From: Malacoraja senta
Taxonomy: Eukaryota
Length of the DNA stretch: 64,000 nt
NCBI GenBank assembly: GCA_038087875.1
Contig: CM075999.1
Location: 2,420,001-2,484,000, forward strand
Direction: 5' to 3'
This document shows, piece after piece, positions 39,671-51,611 of the stretch. Every line of letters begins with the position of its first letter. Positions within the stretch are counted from its first letter, which is position 1. Position numbers and translations under genes: made by a program. The notes under the pieces are model-generated. The model ran no database searches, had not been told where the DNA came from, and saw only the letters and a list, made by a program, of their open reading frames with translations.

Positions 39671-40722
39671 AAGAGCCTGTAACTTTTTTCAGCGCTTTTT
39701 TCGGCGACTGCCGGCGACTGTCATAGTCATAGCAGGTCGCTGACAAAACGGCGACTCAACCCCCCTACGACAATGTCTACACCAACCTACCACCTAGTCG
39801 ATGTCAAGCTACGGCAAGCTACCGACAACCGGCAACCCGTTAGGGACGTCCACCTACGACCACACAGGCGACAACCTATGACCACCGAAGTCAACCTACA
39901 TCCATCCGAGACAAGCTACGACCTTGTCGGCGACAACTGAAGACAAATTAGTCGCCGGTACCTGTCGCCAGTTGACATAGGTTGACGTAGGTAGTCGCCA
40001 ATGGAATTCACCAAAGTCAGCATCGGCGACAACCTACGTCATCCTGGCCACAACCTTATTACAAATATAGGGTGCAAAAATACTTTAAAAAAAAAAAAAA
40101 ATTGAGGTCAGGTAAGGGGGGATGATAGTTGAAGAGTTGGTATGTCCCATTTACGTAATGCTCATAAAAATATTTGTTTCTCTCTTTTTCCTCTTTCTCT
40201 TTCTCTTTCTTTTCTAGGGCCTATTTCTTAACTCTTTTTCTTTTGTTTTTAATTTTGTTCTTATAGGGTCTTCGTCCTTTTTTGTTGTCACATTTCCTAC
40301 ACTTTCACTTTTTCCTTCACTTTCTTCTTTCTTTCAATCTTTTCCTTTTCTAGTGTAAAAAATAAATGGAGTACATTAATTGTAAGAAGATATAAATGAC
40401 GAGTACTAATGTATGTGGTTGTAATGTAATGTACTTCTAATAAATAAAGATTTAAAAAAAAAAAAAATCCTGGCCACAACCTACAACAGCACCTACATCA
40501 GGAGAAGTCGAGCTACGCTCATTGGCATCAAGCCAACTGTCGCCGGCTGTCGCCAAAAAGTTTCAAACATTTCAAAATCCAGCGGCAACCATAGAGACGC
40601 TACGATTCTTTGGGAAACTGAGGAGACGACTCACGACCGTACAGGTGACACCCCAGCGACCATGTGGCGACAGCCTAGTCACCTGTAGTCTCCTAAAAAA
40701 TAGCCTAAGTGGGACAGGGCCT
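39671..40722. mobile_element. PIF/Harbinger-type non-autonomous element in a SINE, with nested L1-like insertion
   Basis: Right TIR aagtgggacagggcct and a degenerate left TIR; TAA at 39668-39670 and 40723-40725; interior rich in cgacaacctac-like repeats. Confidence 0.78.
40057..40467 (+). mobile_element. L1-like 3' UTR fragment with poly(A)
   Basis: 15-bp TSD tcctggccacaacct at 40042-40056 and 40468-40482; aataaa then an A-run. Confidence 0.82.
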
Positions 40723-41348
40723 TAATGCTATCCGACACACATTAGGGCCAATTTCCAATGATACCAAGCCAATTAACCTACAAACCTGCAGGTCTTTGGA
40801 GTGCGGGTGGAAACCGGAGATCCTGGAGAAAACCCACGTAGGTCACGGGGGAACGTACGGACAGCACCCAGAGTCGGGATGGAACCCGGGTCTCTGGCGC
40901 TGTGAGGCAGCAACTCTCCCGCTGCACCACCGTGCCGCCCTAGTGTCCCACTTTCAAACCCAAGGTGCCATTGGGTCTATGTCACCGGCTAAAGGCAAGA
41001 TAGGCACGCAGTGCCGGAGTAACTCAGCAGGTCAGGCAACATCTGTGGAGAAAAAGGGTGGGTGACATTTTGGGCCGGGACCCTTCTTCAGACTAAAGGA
41101 AAATCAAAGCCCTTTTTTCCACAGGGTGCATCTGACTGCGGGCTCAACTCTGTGCATGTGGAAAGTTCCAGCGTGTCAGCGGAACGGTATGTGGTGAAGA
41201 CCCAACACAAATAAACTCGGGGAAGTTATCAACTGATGTTAAAGTTATCATCAGTCCCCCTGAGGTCTAATCCACCCCCTGAGCTGTTTTCCACTATTCC
41301 ACGTGACTGGAAACAAACCCACACTGTCCCCTAACGCGGAAACTTTTA

Positions 41349-41899
41349 TTTAAATTTTATTTTTTAAAAATATTTTTATTAGAAGCATGTATACAAATAA
41401 TAGTAAACGAAAATTTAATTACAGATTTCTTACATTGCTTCAGTTTAAAAAAAAAAAGATTTTATTTTAAGAATAAAGATAAAGAGAGAAAAAGATGAGA
41501 GAAACTAATAAAGAAAAAAAAAAGGAGACGCAAAAGGAAACTACCAATAACAAGATTGTGGAGATAGATCCAGGAAGTGTTGAGTATAACTATTCATCCA
41601 ATCCCAAAATCAGGTTTCAACGCTGATTCTGTGCTAAACCAATTCATTTGTTCAAAAATTCAATAAATGGAGACCATATTCAAACAAATAATTCTGGTTT
41701 GACAATTAAGACAAATCTTATTTTTTCCAATTGTGGGGGCTGCTGTTTTTTTCCAAAATTTTAGTATTAATTTTTTCGCAGTTATTAGACTGTAATCAAG
41801 AAATTGTTTGAGACTTATCGTAAAGTTTGTGCCATGTTCTGATAATCCTAATATTATTAATTTTGGCTCTGGGTCCAGTTGGATATTGATAACTTCAGA
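41349..41899 (-). mobile_element. L1-clade LINE 3' fragment
   Basis: 17-bp TSD taacgcggaaactttta at 41332-41348 and 41900-41916; minus strand encodes LEKIRFVLIVKPELFV*IWSPFIEFL; AATAAA and A-rich tail. Confidence 0.85.
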
Positions 41900-43344
41900 T
41901 AACGCGGAAACTTTTAAAACCTCTCTTTAAACGCAGAGCGAGTTGAGACTGAACGCTCAAATATTACTCTACCAATTTGCGATGTCTGTTGTAAACTTCT
42001 AACCAGGGATAGCATACACCCTGGAACTGCAGATGCTGGCTTCAACCGAAGATAGACACCAAATGCTGGAGTAACTCAGCGGGACAGGCAGCATCTCCGG
42101 AGAGAAGGAATGGGTGACGTCTCGGGTCGAGACCCTTTTGCAGTCTGTGGAAGGGTCTCGGCCCGAAAAGTCAGCCATTCCTTCTCTCCAGAGATGCTGC
42201 CTGTCCCGCTGAGTTACTCCAGCTTTTAGTGTCTATCTTCGGTTTAAACCAGCATCTGCAGTTCCTTCCTGCATATTGAGTTGGAGAACTAGGGTGGGAG
42301 AGGGAGGGAGGGAGAGGGAAAGCAAGGGTTACTTGAACTTAGAGAAATCAAAATTCATACCGCTGGATTGTAAGCTGCCCAAGCGAAATATGAGGTGCTG
42401 TTCCTCCATGTTAAGGCTGGTATATCTCGCTCAGTACTTCCTGCTCTGAGGGCTAACTAGCCCCAATCAGGAGAATTCATTACGCATACAGTGGAAGCAA
42501 TTTTGTATGATTGGCAGCGAGCACAATCAATATGCAGTTTAATAATATTCACAAGCACAGATTATATTGTGTGCTGCCTCAAAGGCTCTGGTAGCATATT
42601 CGGCTTTCCAAATTTAATTTATTTTGTGTGATTACAGCCCGAGACCTTGGACTTTAGAGACACAACGCTGAAACAGGCCCTTCGGCCCACCGGGTGTGTG
42701 CTGACCAGCGATCATCCCGTATACTAGCCTTATCCTACACTATCCCAACTACCTCCTCTGGCGGTTCACTCCACATACCCACCACCATTCAATGGCCCTT
42801 CAGTCTGAAGAAGGGTCTCGACTCGAAACGTCACCTATTCCTTTGCTCCACAGATGCTGCCTCACCTGCTAAGTTCCTCCAGCATTGTTGTCTACCTACC
42901 ATTCAATGACAGTTATCTGGTAGAGCCACTGCCTCACAGCGTCGGAGACCCAGGCATGGAATCGGCATGGAAACAGGCCCTTCGGCCCACCGAGTCCGCG
43001 CCGACCAGCGATCACCCCGTAGACTAGCACGATCCCACACACACTAGGGACAATTTTACAATTTTGCCGAAGCAAATTAACCCACAAACCTGCACGTCTT
43101 TGGAGTGTGGGAGGAAACCGGAGCACCCGGAGGAAACCCACGCAGGTCACTAGGAAAACATACAAACTCCGTACAGACGGCAACCGTAGTCAGGATCGAA
43201 CCCGGGTCTCTGGTGCTGTGAGGCAGTAACTCTACCGCTGCGTCACCGTGGCGCAGAGTGACCCCAGAAAAGTCTCACGTGTTTTCCTGACGTGACTGGC
43301 GGAAGCTGCAACTGTACTGAACTAGCAGAGAAATGTGGAATAAG

Positions 43345-43597
43345 GAGGAAAGGAGGGAAGGAACGGAGGAAGGAAGGAGGGAAGGAGGGAAGGGGGGAAG
43401 GAGGGAAGGAGGGAAGGAGGGAGGGAGGGAGGGAGGGAGGGAGGGAGGGAGGGAGGGAGGGAGGGAGGGAGGGAGGGAGGGATGGAGGGAGGGAGGGAGG
43501 GAGGGAGGGAGGGAGGGAGGGAGGGAGGAAGGGAGGAAGGGAGGAAGGGAGGAAGGGAGGAAGGAAGGAAGGAAGGAAGGAAGGAAGGAAGGAAGGA
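43345..43597 (+). repeat. Polypurine (GGAG)n/(GGAA)n microsatellite
   Basis: About 250 bp made almost entirely of G and A. Confidence 0.97.
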
Positions 43598-44248
43598 ATT
43601 TGCAGAGGAATGTTGAAGGAAGTAAGGAAGTATGCAGTAGATAGACACAAAGTGCTGGAGTAACTCAACGGGTCAGGCAGCATCTCTGGAGAGAAGGAAT
43701 GGATGACGTTTCGAACTTCTGAAGTCTGAAGATGGGTCTCGACCCGAAACGTCACCCATTCCTTCTATCTGCCTGTCCCGCAGAGTTACTCCAGCACTCT
43801 GTGTTTATCTTTGGTGTAAACCAGCATCTGCAGTTCCTTCCTGGCACATAAATGTTTCAGACTGCGCATGTTCCCATTTTTATTCACTTCTTTGTCCAGA
43901 ATTACCGACCAATTCATTTGAGGAAATTAGCATTCACCAGAACAAATTCACTAAAGTGGATCATTTTGAGTAAATGATGCAGGGAAGATTTACCAATCGC
44001 TCTCAAGACCACATGATTGGATTTCTGCGCCCTGGGCCAGGATTAATCAACCTCGGGGAGCAGAGGGAGAATGCCAAACAGTTACTTGAGGGGGGCCTGG
44101 AAGATTGGCACAGTGCCTTCACTAGGCCTTCCCCTTGCCTCCCTCTCTCCTGGCTCCCCGCCTGCTGCCAGGGAACCATCAGGGCCAGGTCTGCAACAGT
44201 CTAGAAGGACTTTACTTGCTAGGGTCGGCACTGTTAGTATAACACAAG

Positions 44249-44379
44249 GGACGGGAGATTGCAACCTTCACCCTGTTTCCACGAATGCAATCAACCCGGC
44301 GTGCACAAACAGAAGATCAAACAGAACAAGTTGTCTTTACAACTTTGGGCTGTGCACGCCGTACGCAAGAAGAAGGAGC
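44249..44379 (+). mobile_element. Short retroposed 3' end with stem-loop and (AAG)n tail
   Basis: 10-bp TSD ataacacaag at 44239-44248 and 44380-44389; 11-bp stem cggcgtgcaca / tgtgcacgccg. Confidence 0.65.
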
Positions 44380-45211
44380 ATAACACAAGATGCTGGAGTA
44401 ACTCAGCCGGGGAAAGTTTCTAGAATTGTTTGTCTTGGAGGATTGTGGAGTCTAGGTCATTTTGGGGAGGAAGCAGATAGATTTTTGAAAGATTGACACA
44501 GAGTGCTGGAGTAACTCAGCGGGTCAGGCAGCATCTGTGGAGCGAAGGAAATGGGCAACCTTTCGGGCCGAAACCCTGAAGGAAATAGGCAACGTTTCGG
44601 GCCGAAACGTTGCCTATTTCCTTCGCTCCATAGATGCTGCCGCACCCGCTGAGTTTTTCCAGCATTTTGGTCTACCTTATCATTTATAGTGTGGTTCCGT
44701 ATAGCTTACAAAGCACAGAAGTACACTGTGCCAGAGTAACTCAGCGGGTCAGGCAGCATCTGTGGAGAACATGGATAGGTGACGTTTCACAGAGTGCTGG
44801 AGTAACTCAGCAGGTCAGGCAGCATCTCTGGAGGACATGGATGGGTGACGTTTCACAGAGTGCTGGAGTAACTCAGCGGGTCAGGCAGCATCTGTGGAGG
44901 ACATGGGTGGGTGACGTTTCAGGTTGGGACCCTCCTTCGGACTCTGAATCTGAAGAAGGGTCCTGACCCGAAACATCACCTATCCAAGTGCTCTACTCAA
45001 GATTCCAGCATCTGCAGTTCCTTGAGTGTCCAATAACTAACTGCCTCTTGTTCACCCCTTACAGTACACAGGCCTACGGGTTACAGGTAATAAAAAGGAA
45101 ATGTAGATGCTGCTCCATATCAAAGATAGACACAAAGTGCTGGAGTAACTCAGCAGGTCAGGCAGCATCTCTGGAGAAAATGGATAGGAGATCTTTAGGG
45201 TTGGAATTGTG

Positions 45212-45645
45212 GCTGGGCTTGTACTCGCTAGAATTTAGAAGATTGAGGGGGGATCTTATAGAAACTTACAAAATTCTTAAGGGGTTGGACAGGCTAGATG
45301 CAGGAAGATTGTTCCCGATGTTGGGGAAGTCCAGAACAAGGGGTCACAGTTTAAGGATAAGAGGGAAGTCTTTTAGGACCGAGATGAGGAAAACATTTTT
45401 CACACAGAGAGTGGTGAATCTGTGGAATTCTCTGCCACAGAAGGTAGTTGAGGCCAGTTCATTGGCTATATTTAAGAGGGAGTTGGATGTGGCCCTTGTG
45501 GCTAAAGGTATCAGGGGGTATGGAGAGAAGGCAGGTACGGGATACTGAGTTGGATGATCAGCCACAATCATATTGAATGGCGGTGCAGGCTCGAAGGGTC
45601 GAATGGCCTACTCCTGCACCTATTTTCTATGTTCTATGTTCTATG
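45212..45645 (+). mobile_element. CR1 3' fragment, (CTATGT)n-tailed subfamily (also 27340-27692-, 38490-38910-)
   Basis: GLYSLEFRRLRGDLIETYKILKGLDRLDAGRLFPML...GTGY; same subfamily as the long copies. Confidence 0.92.
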
Positions 45646-46032
45646 AATACAAAAAAAAGACACAAAGTGCTGGAGTAATTTAGTAGAGTATGTAGGGTAG
45701 AACTAGTGTATGGGTGACCCCTGGAATGGTGAACCTCTAAACTAAACTACCCACTGTGGGCAATTTACAGAGGCCAGTTAACCTGAAACTAAGATCAACG
45801 CTGCTGCTCGATGGGCCAAAGGGCCTGTTTCCACGCTGTATCTCTCAAACCAATGATCAACCAAAATCTGAACATAAACCTTTCCCTCCACAGATGCTGC
45901 CTGACCTGTTGAGCTCTTCCAGCTGGTCATAGAGAGTTACAACATGGAAACAGGCCCTTCGGCCCGACTTGCCCACACACTGAAGAAGGCTCACGACCTG
46001 AAACGTTGTCCATCCATGTGTTTTACTCAAGA

Positions 46033-46558
46033 TTACCTGCGGCAGCTGAGGAAGCACAATCTGCCACGGGCAATGATGGTCCAATTCTACACGACCATGG
46101 TAGAGTCTGTCCTCACCTTCTCCATCATGGTCTGGTTTGGCTCAGCCACCAAGCACGACACCTGGAGGCTGCAGCGAATCATCCGATCAGCTGAGAAGGT
46201 TATTGGCTGCAACCTTCCCCCCATTGACGAACTGTACACTGCAAGGGCCAGGAAGCGACCTGGCAAGATCATCTCTGACCCCTCTCACCCTGGCCACAAA
46301 CTCTTTGAATCACTTCCCTCTGCAAGGCGACTCCGGACTGTCAAAGCCGCCACAGCCAGACATAAAAACAGCTTTTTTTCCACGAGTAGTAGCTCTACTC
46401 AATAACCAAAAATCTGTAGCCTCCTTTTGCTCTGGTATTCTATTTAAGTCACATGTTTAATCATTAATGTTTTATTATTAATGTTTCTCCCCCCCACCAA
46501 GGCAAATTCCTTGTATGTGAATACTTGGCCAATAAACTTATTCACTTATTCATTCATT
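46033..46558 (+). mobile_element. Rex1/Babar-like LINE 3' fragment, same family as 16627-17236
   Basis: YLRQLRKHNLPRAMMVQFY...LFESLPSARRLRT; (TTCA)n tail. Confidence 0.85.
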
Positions 46559-47249
46559 CCAGCATAATTTTCCTTTAATGATATTGGTTTGGAAGCATCT
46601 TGCCGCAAGTCCATTAGCACCTTTTTTAAGTCAACACAACGTTATTAAGTTTAATAATGAAAATATGATTATTAAATGGCAGCGCGCATGATATGGTGCT
46701 AAAATGGCGTTGAGTATTACTCAGTTAATGAAAATCTAATTTGAGATAGAACTCCTCTTTTTCGGTTCAGTAAGGCTTGCAGCTGGAAGCGATATAGCCC
46801 AGAAAGCTCAGAGAGCAGCAGCAACAACAACGATATCTTAACTCTACTGGAACCAATTTCATCTCCTGAAAATGGTAATAAAAAGTATTACAACAGGTCA
46901 AATTTTATAGAGAGGCAGAAAATGAGAGAGTTCTGCAAGGAATAAATACGGCTGGAACTAATTTCCTCGCTGAAAGGACGTTGCAGGTAAACGCGAATCC
47001 CTTCTAAACTCCAATTTGATAGAAAAGATGTGAAGGCAGTTTCAAGAAGAAAAAGCAGGAGGAGATATTATATTTTCTATTCAAACCCAATCAGTGATAG
47101 AGTCAGCATTGCAAGGTAAAAATACCAACAGTCTGACACAGAAATCGGCAAGAACCTGTAGACTTATTCTCAATAAAAATGATGGAGTAAAACTCTTTAC
47201 TCTTCACGACATGGGATACGGTTCCTGCTCTATTTGTATAAACTCGTGC

Positions 47250-47741
47250 CGACCGGTTTGCATCGTGGCTTGGTTTGGCAACCTGAGCGTCCAGGAGCAG
47301 AAAAGGCTGCAAAACGTCGCAACCACTGCTCAGTCCATCATCGGCTCTGACCTCCCCACCATCGAGGGGATCTATCGCAGTCGCTGCCTCAAAAAGGCTG
47401 GCAGCATCACCAAGGACCCACACCATCCTGGCCACACACTCATCTCTCCGCTGCCATCGGGTAGAAGGTACAGGAGCCTGAAATCTGCAACATCCAGGTT
47501 CAGGAATAGCTACTTCCCCACAGCCATCAGGCTATTAAACACAACTTCAAACAAACTATGAACTATAACAGCCTATTGCACTTTCTCTGTTTACTGATGT
47601 GTGTATTTTATGGTATATGGACACACTGATCTGATCTGTATCTATGACTACAATACTCTGTTGTGCTACAGAAAGCAAGAATTTAATTGTCCTATCTGGG
47701 ACACATGACAACAAACTCTCTTGATTTGATTTGACTTGACT
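47250..47741 (+). mobile_element. Rex1/Babar-like LINE 3' fragment
   Basis: CIVAWFGNLS...KDPHHPGHTLISPLPSGRRYRS...RFRNSYFPTAIRLLN; (CTTGA)n tail. Confidence 0.85.
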
Positions 47742-49694
47742 CTCATAGTCTCTATAGTTGCTGAATCAATAGTTTCTGAAGAAGGGTCTCGACCCGAAAC
47801 ATCACCCCTTCCTTCTCTCCAGAGATGCTGCCTGTCCTGCTGAGTTACCCCAGCTTTTTGTGTCTATTTCCAGGAAACCCAATCATTGTTATCAAGTTCG
47901 AGTTTAGTTTATTGTGGGTGTACCGAGGTACCGTGAAAAGCTTTTGTTGCGTGATATCCTGTCAGCGGAAAGACAATACCTGATTACCTGATTACCATCG
48001 AGCCATTTACAGTGTATAGATAAATGATAAGGGAGTTCTTGATCAGTACGGGTATCAGGGGTTATGGGCAGAAGGCAGCAAGATGAGGTGAGGAGGGAGA
48101 GATAGATCAGCCAATATTAAATGGCGGACAGACTTGATGGGCCGATTGGCCTCATTCTGCTCATATCACTTATGACCATATAATAAAGTTTAGTGCAAGG
48201 TAAAGCCAGTAAAGTCCTCTCAAGGATAGTCCGAGGGTTCCCAATGAAGTAGATAGTGATCTCGAGACCCGAAACGTCACCTATTCCTTCGCTCCATAGA
48301 TGCTGCCTCGCCTGCTGAGTTTCTCCAGCATTTTTGTCTACCTTCGATTTTTCCAGCATCTGCAGTTCTTTCTTAAACCAAACTAAAATAACCTTTCTCA
48401 GTTCCCTGTTTCTCCTCTGATGTTTGAGTCTGAAGAAGGGTCCCGACCCGAAACGTTGTCTGTCCATTCCCTCCACAGATGCTGCCTGACCCGCTGAGTT
48501 CCTCCAGCACTCTGCTTATTGCTCAGGATGCCAGCATCTCCACAAACCTAATATATTTTGTATTTATTGTTAATTTTAAATTTTGATTGATTTGGTATAT
48601 AGTGTGAGCTGTGGGGGGGAGAATCAGTCTCGATAGAAACGGGGAGAGTGGGCAGAAAGGCCAATGCAATAAGAAATCATATTTTATTAATAAAAATGCA
48701 CTTGAATTCAGGAAATCGTTTCATTATACTGAGTTCTAGGAAATGAAAGTGAATGGTATATTATCAACTAAATCCTTCAGGACTTGGCAGGAGTCTGTTA
48801 TTATTTAACACAAATGTTCAAAAATCCTAAATATACGGATTTATAGCCTTAGTCAACAAATTTAAATTAGGATTCTTTATGAAAACTATATTCAAGATCT
48901 GCCTTCCATATTTCTTTGCTCAGTAAGTAGAACATAGAATCTGGAGTGGTATAGTACAGGAACAGGCCCTTCTGCCCACAATAACTGTGCTGAACATTAG
49001 ATCATAAGGTCATAAGTGATAGGAGCAGAATTAGGCCATTCGGCCCATCGTCTACTCCGCCATTCAATCGTGGCTGATCTATATCTTCCTCCTCGCCCCA
49101 TTCTCCCGCCATCTCCCCGTAACCCCTGACAACTGTACTAATCAAGAATCTATCTATCTCTGCCATAAAAATATCCATTGACTTGGCCTCCACAGCCTTG
49201 TGTGGCAAAGAATTCCACAGATTCTGTGTCTGTGGAATTCTCTGCCTCAGAGGGCGGTGGAGGCAGGTTCTCTGGATACTTTCAAGAGAGAGCTAGATAG
49301 GGCTCTTAAAAATAGCGGAGTCAGGGGATATAGGGGGAGAAGGCAGGAACGGGGTACTGATTGGGGATGATCAGCCATGATCACATTGAATGGCGGTGCT
49401 GGCTCGAAGGGCCAAATGGCCTACTCCTGCACCTAATGTCTATTGTCTATTCACCATCCTCTGACCAAAGAAATTCCTTCCTAAAGGAATGTCCTTAAAT
49501 TCTGAGGCTGTGGCCTCTGGTCCTAGACTCTCCCACTAGTGGAAACAGCCTCCCCACATCCACGCTATCCAAGCCTTTTACTATTCTGTATGTTTCAATG
49601 AGGTCCCCCCCTCATTCTTCTAAACTCCAGCGAGTACAGGCCCAGTGCCGACAAACACTGATGTCAAATTAAAGCGCCTCTGTCTTATGTGTGA

Positions 49695-49789
49695 TCTATA
49701 CCCTCCCATTGCGCGATTACGTCAGGCCGCCCCCCCCCTTGCAACCGCGCGTTGCGGGAACAGACCCAACGGGTCTGCACTTGGTCTAG
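49695..49789 (+). mobile_element. Miniature Helitron-like element
   Basis: A|TC start, 3' hairpin CAGACCC-AAC-GGGTCTG (49761-49777) 8 nt before terminal CTAG|T, no TSD. Confidence 0.65.
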
Positions 49790-51107
49790 TTATACTTATT
49801 TAGTTTTAAAACTCAATGGCATAACTGGATGGTGTTAAGAAATGTAAACTTTCCTGTGATTTAAAGAAATCGACAATAATTCCAGTATATGCCAAGCATG
49901 TGTTATGACCTCAAAATTTAACACAAAATTTCATAGTAATCAAGTCCTTCAGTTTAACTTTCCCGTTAGTTCCGATTTGTCAGTCGGCTGAATATCCTGT
50001 TAATTATATCAGCCGCGGTGAATAGAACAGAAGTGATTCATGTTGCTATTACACTCATGTTCAAGAATGGAATATGATTTTCACAGATCCAGCTGCCTCC
50101 TGAACAAACCACTGTATAATCTTCAATTTCACAGTCCCAAGAATTTTTTTCGAAAAGGGTATGTGAGCATAATCGTGGCAAGTTATATTCCAACCCTTTC
50201 CTGTCTGATTCAACCCCTACAGTTTAGTTTATTGTCACGTGTACCGAGGTACAGTGAAAAGCTTTTGTTGCGTGCTAACCAGCCAGCGGAAAGACAATAC
50301 AGGATTACAATCGAGCCGTCCACAGTGTACAGATACATGATAAGGGAATAACGCTTAGTGCAAGGTAAAGCCAGCAAAGTGTTCTCATCCTCAGATACAC
50401 AGTGGCGACACAGTGTTCGGTCCTGACTGTAGGCGCTGTCTGTAAGGAGTTTGCACACGTGGGCTTGGGCTGTGACCGCGTGGGCTTTCTCCGGGTGCTT
50501 CTGTTTCATCCCACATCCCAAAGACGTGCAGGGTTTGTAGGTTAATTGGCCCTCTGCAGATTGGCCCTAATGTGCAGGGAGCGGATGGAAAAGTGGGAAA
50601 AGTGGAATATGAACAGGTGATCGATGGTTGGCGTGGACTCGGTGGGCTGAGGGGCCTGTTTCCATGCTGTATCGCTAAACTAAACCTACTGCATTGCAAC
50701 AGTAACCAAACTTCCAAAGTGTTTTTTTGGCTGTAAAGTACTTATCCCATAAATGCTATGGAAAGAGCTTTATAAGTGTAACCTCGTTCATTGATCAGTT
50801 TGGAGAAGGGTCTCGACCCGAAACGCCACCCATTCCTTCGCTCCATAGATACTGCCTCACCCGCTGAGTTTCTCCAGCATTTTTGTCTACCTTCGATTTT
50901 TCCAGCATCCGCAGTTCCTTGTTAAACACTTCACTTTTGATTAACAGTCAATTCTAAGAGGAAATAGCACCCATAGTCAGGATCGAACACGGCTCTCCGG
51001 TGCTGTAAGGCAGCAACTCTACCGCTGCGCCACCGTATTTATCTATTTTAGACACTTGCAAAGTGGTTTCACTAAGGATTCCCATAGATCATCATGGTAT
51101 CTTAGAC

Positions 51108-51458
51108 GAGGTTGTGGTACATATAGGTACCAATGACATAGGTAAAAAAAGAGAAGAGGTCCTGAAAGGAGAATTTAGGGAGTTAGGAGGGGAGTTAAAG
51201 AGAAGGACAGCAAAGGTAACAATCTCGGGATTACTGCCTGTGCCACGCGACAGTGAGAGTAGGAATGGAGCGAGGTGGAGGATAAATGCGTGGCTGAAGG
51301 ACTGGTGCAGAAGGCAGGGATTCAAATTTCTGGATCATTGGGACCTCTTTTGTGGAAGCTTCGACCTGTACAAAAAGGATGGGTTGCACTTGAACCTGAG
51401 GGGGGCCGATATCCTGGCAGGGAGATCTGCAAAGGCTACTGGGGAGACTTTAAACTAG
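51108..51458 (+). pseudogene. C-terminal part of CR1 ORF1, SGNH/GDSL esterase-like domain
   Basis: VVVHIGTNDIG (block III GxND) and KKDGLHLN (block V DxxH-type), as is typical of CR1 ORF1p. The N-terminus is missing. Confidence 0.85.
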
Positions 51459-51611
51459 AATGGTTGGGGGGAGGGACTCAAATAGAGAATGCTATTAGAC
51501 AGTGTGTGAGGCAGGAGGCAGAGAAGGAAATGCACTCAGACCCAACATGTAGGGGGGAAAGAAGAAAACAATAATAAACAGAGAATAAGAGGTGGTGGGG
51601 TTCTTAAATGG

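Noticed and set aside
43243..43755. Pro/Ser/Leu-rich and Gly/Arg/Glu-rich ORFs
   Set aside because: Translations of the GGAG/GGAA microsatellite.
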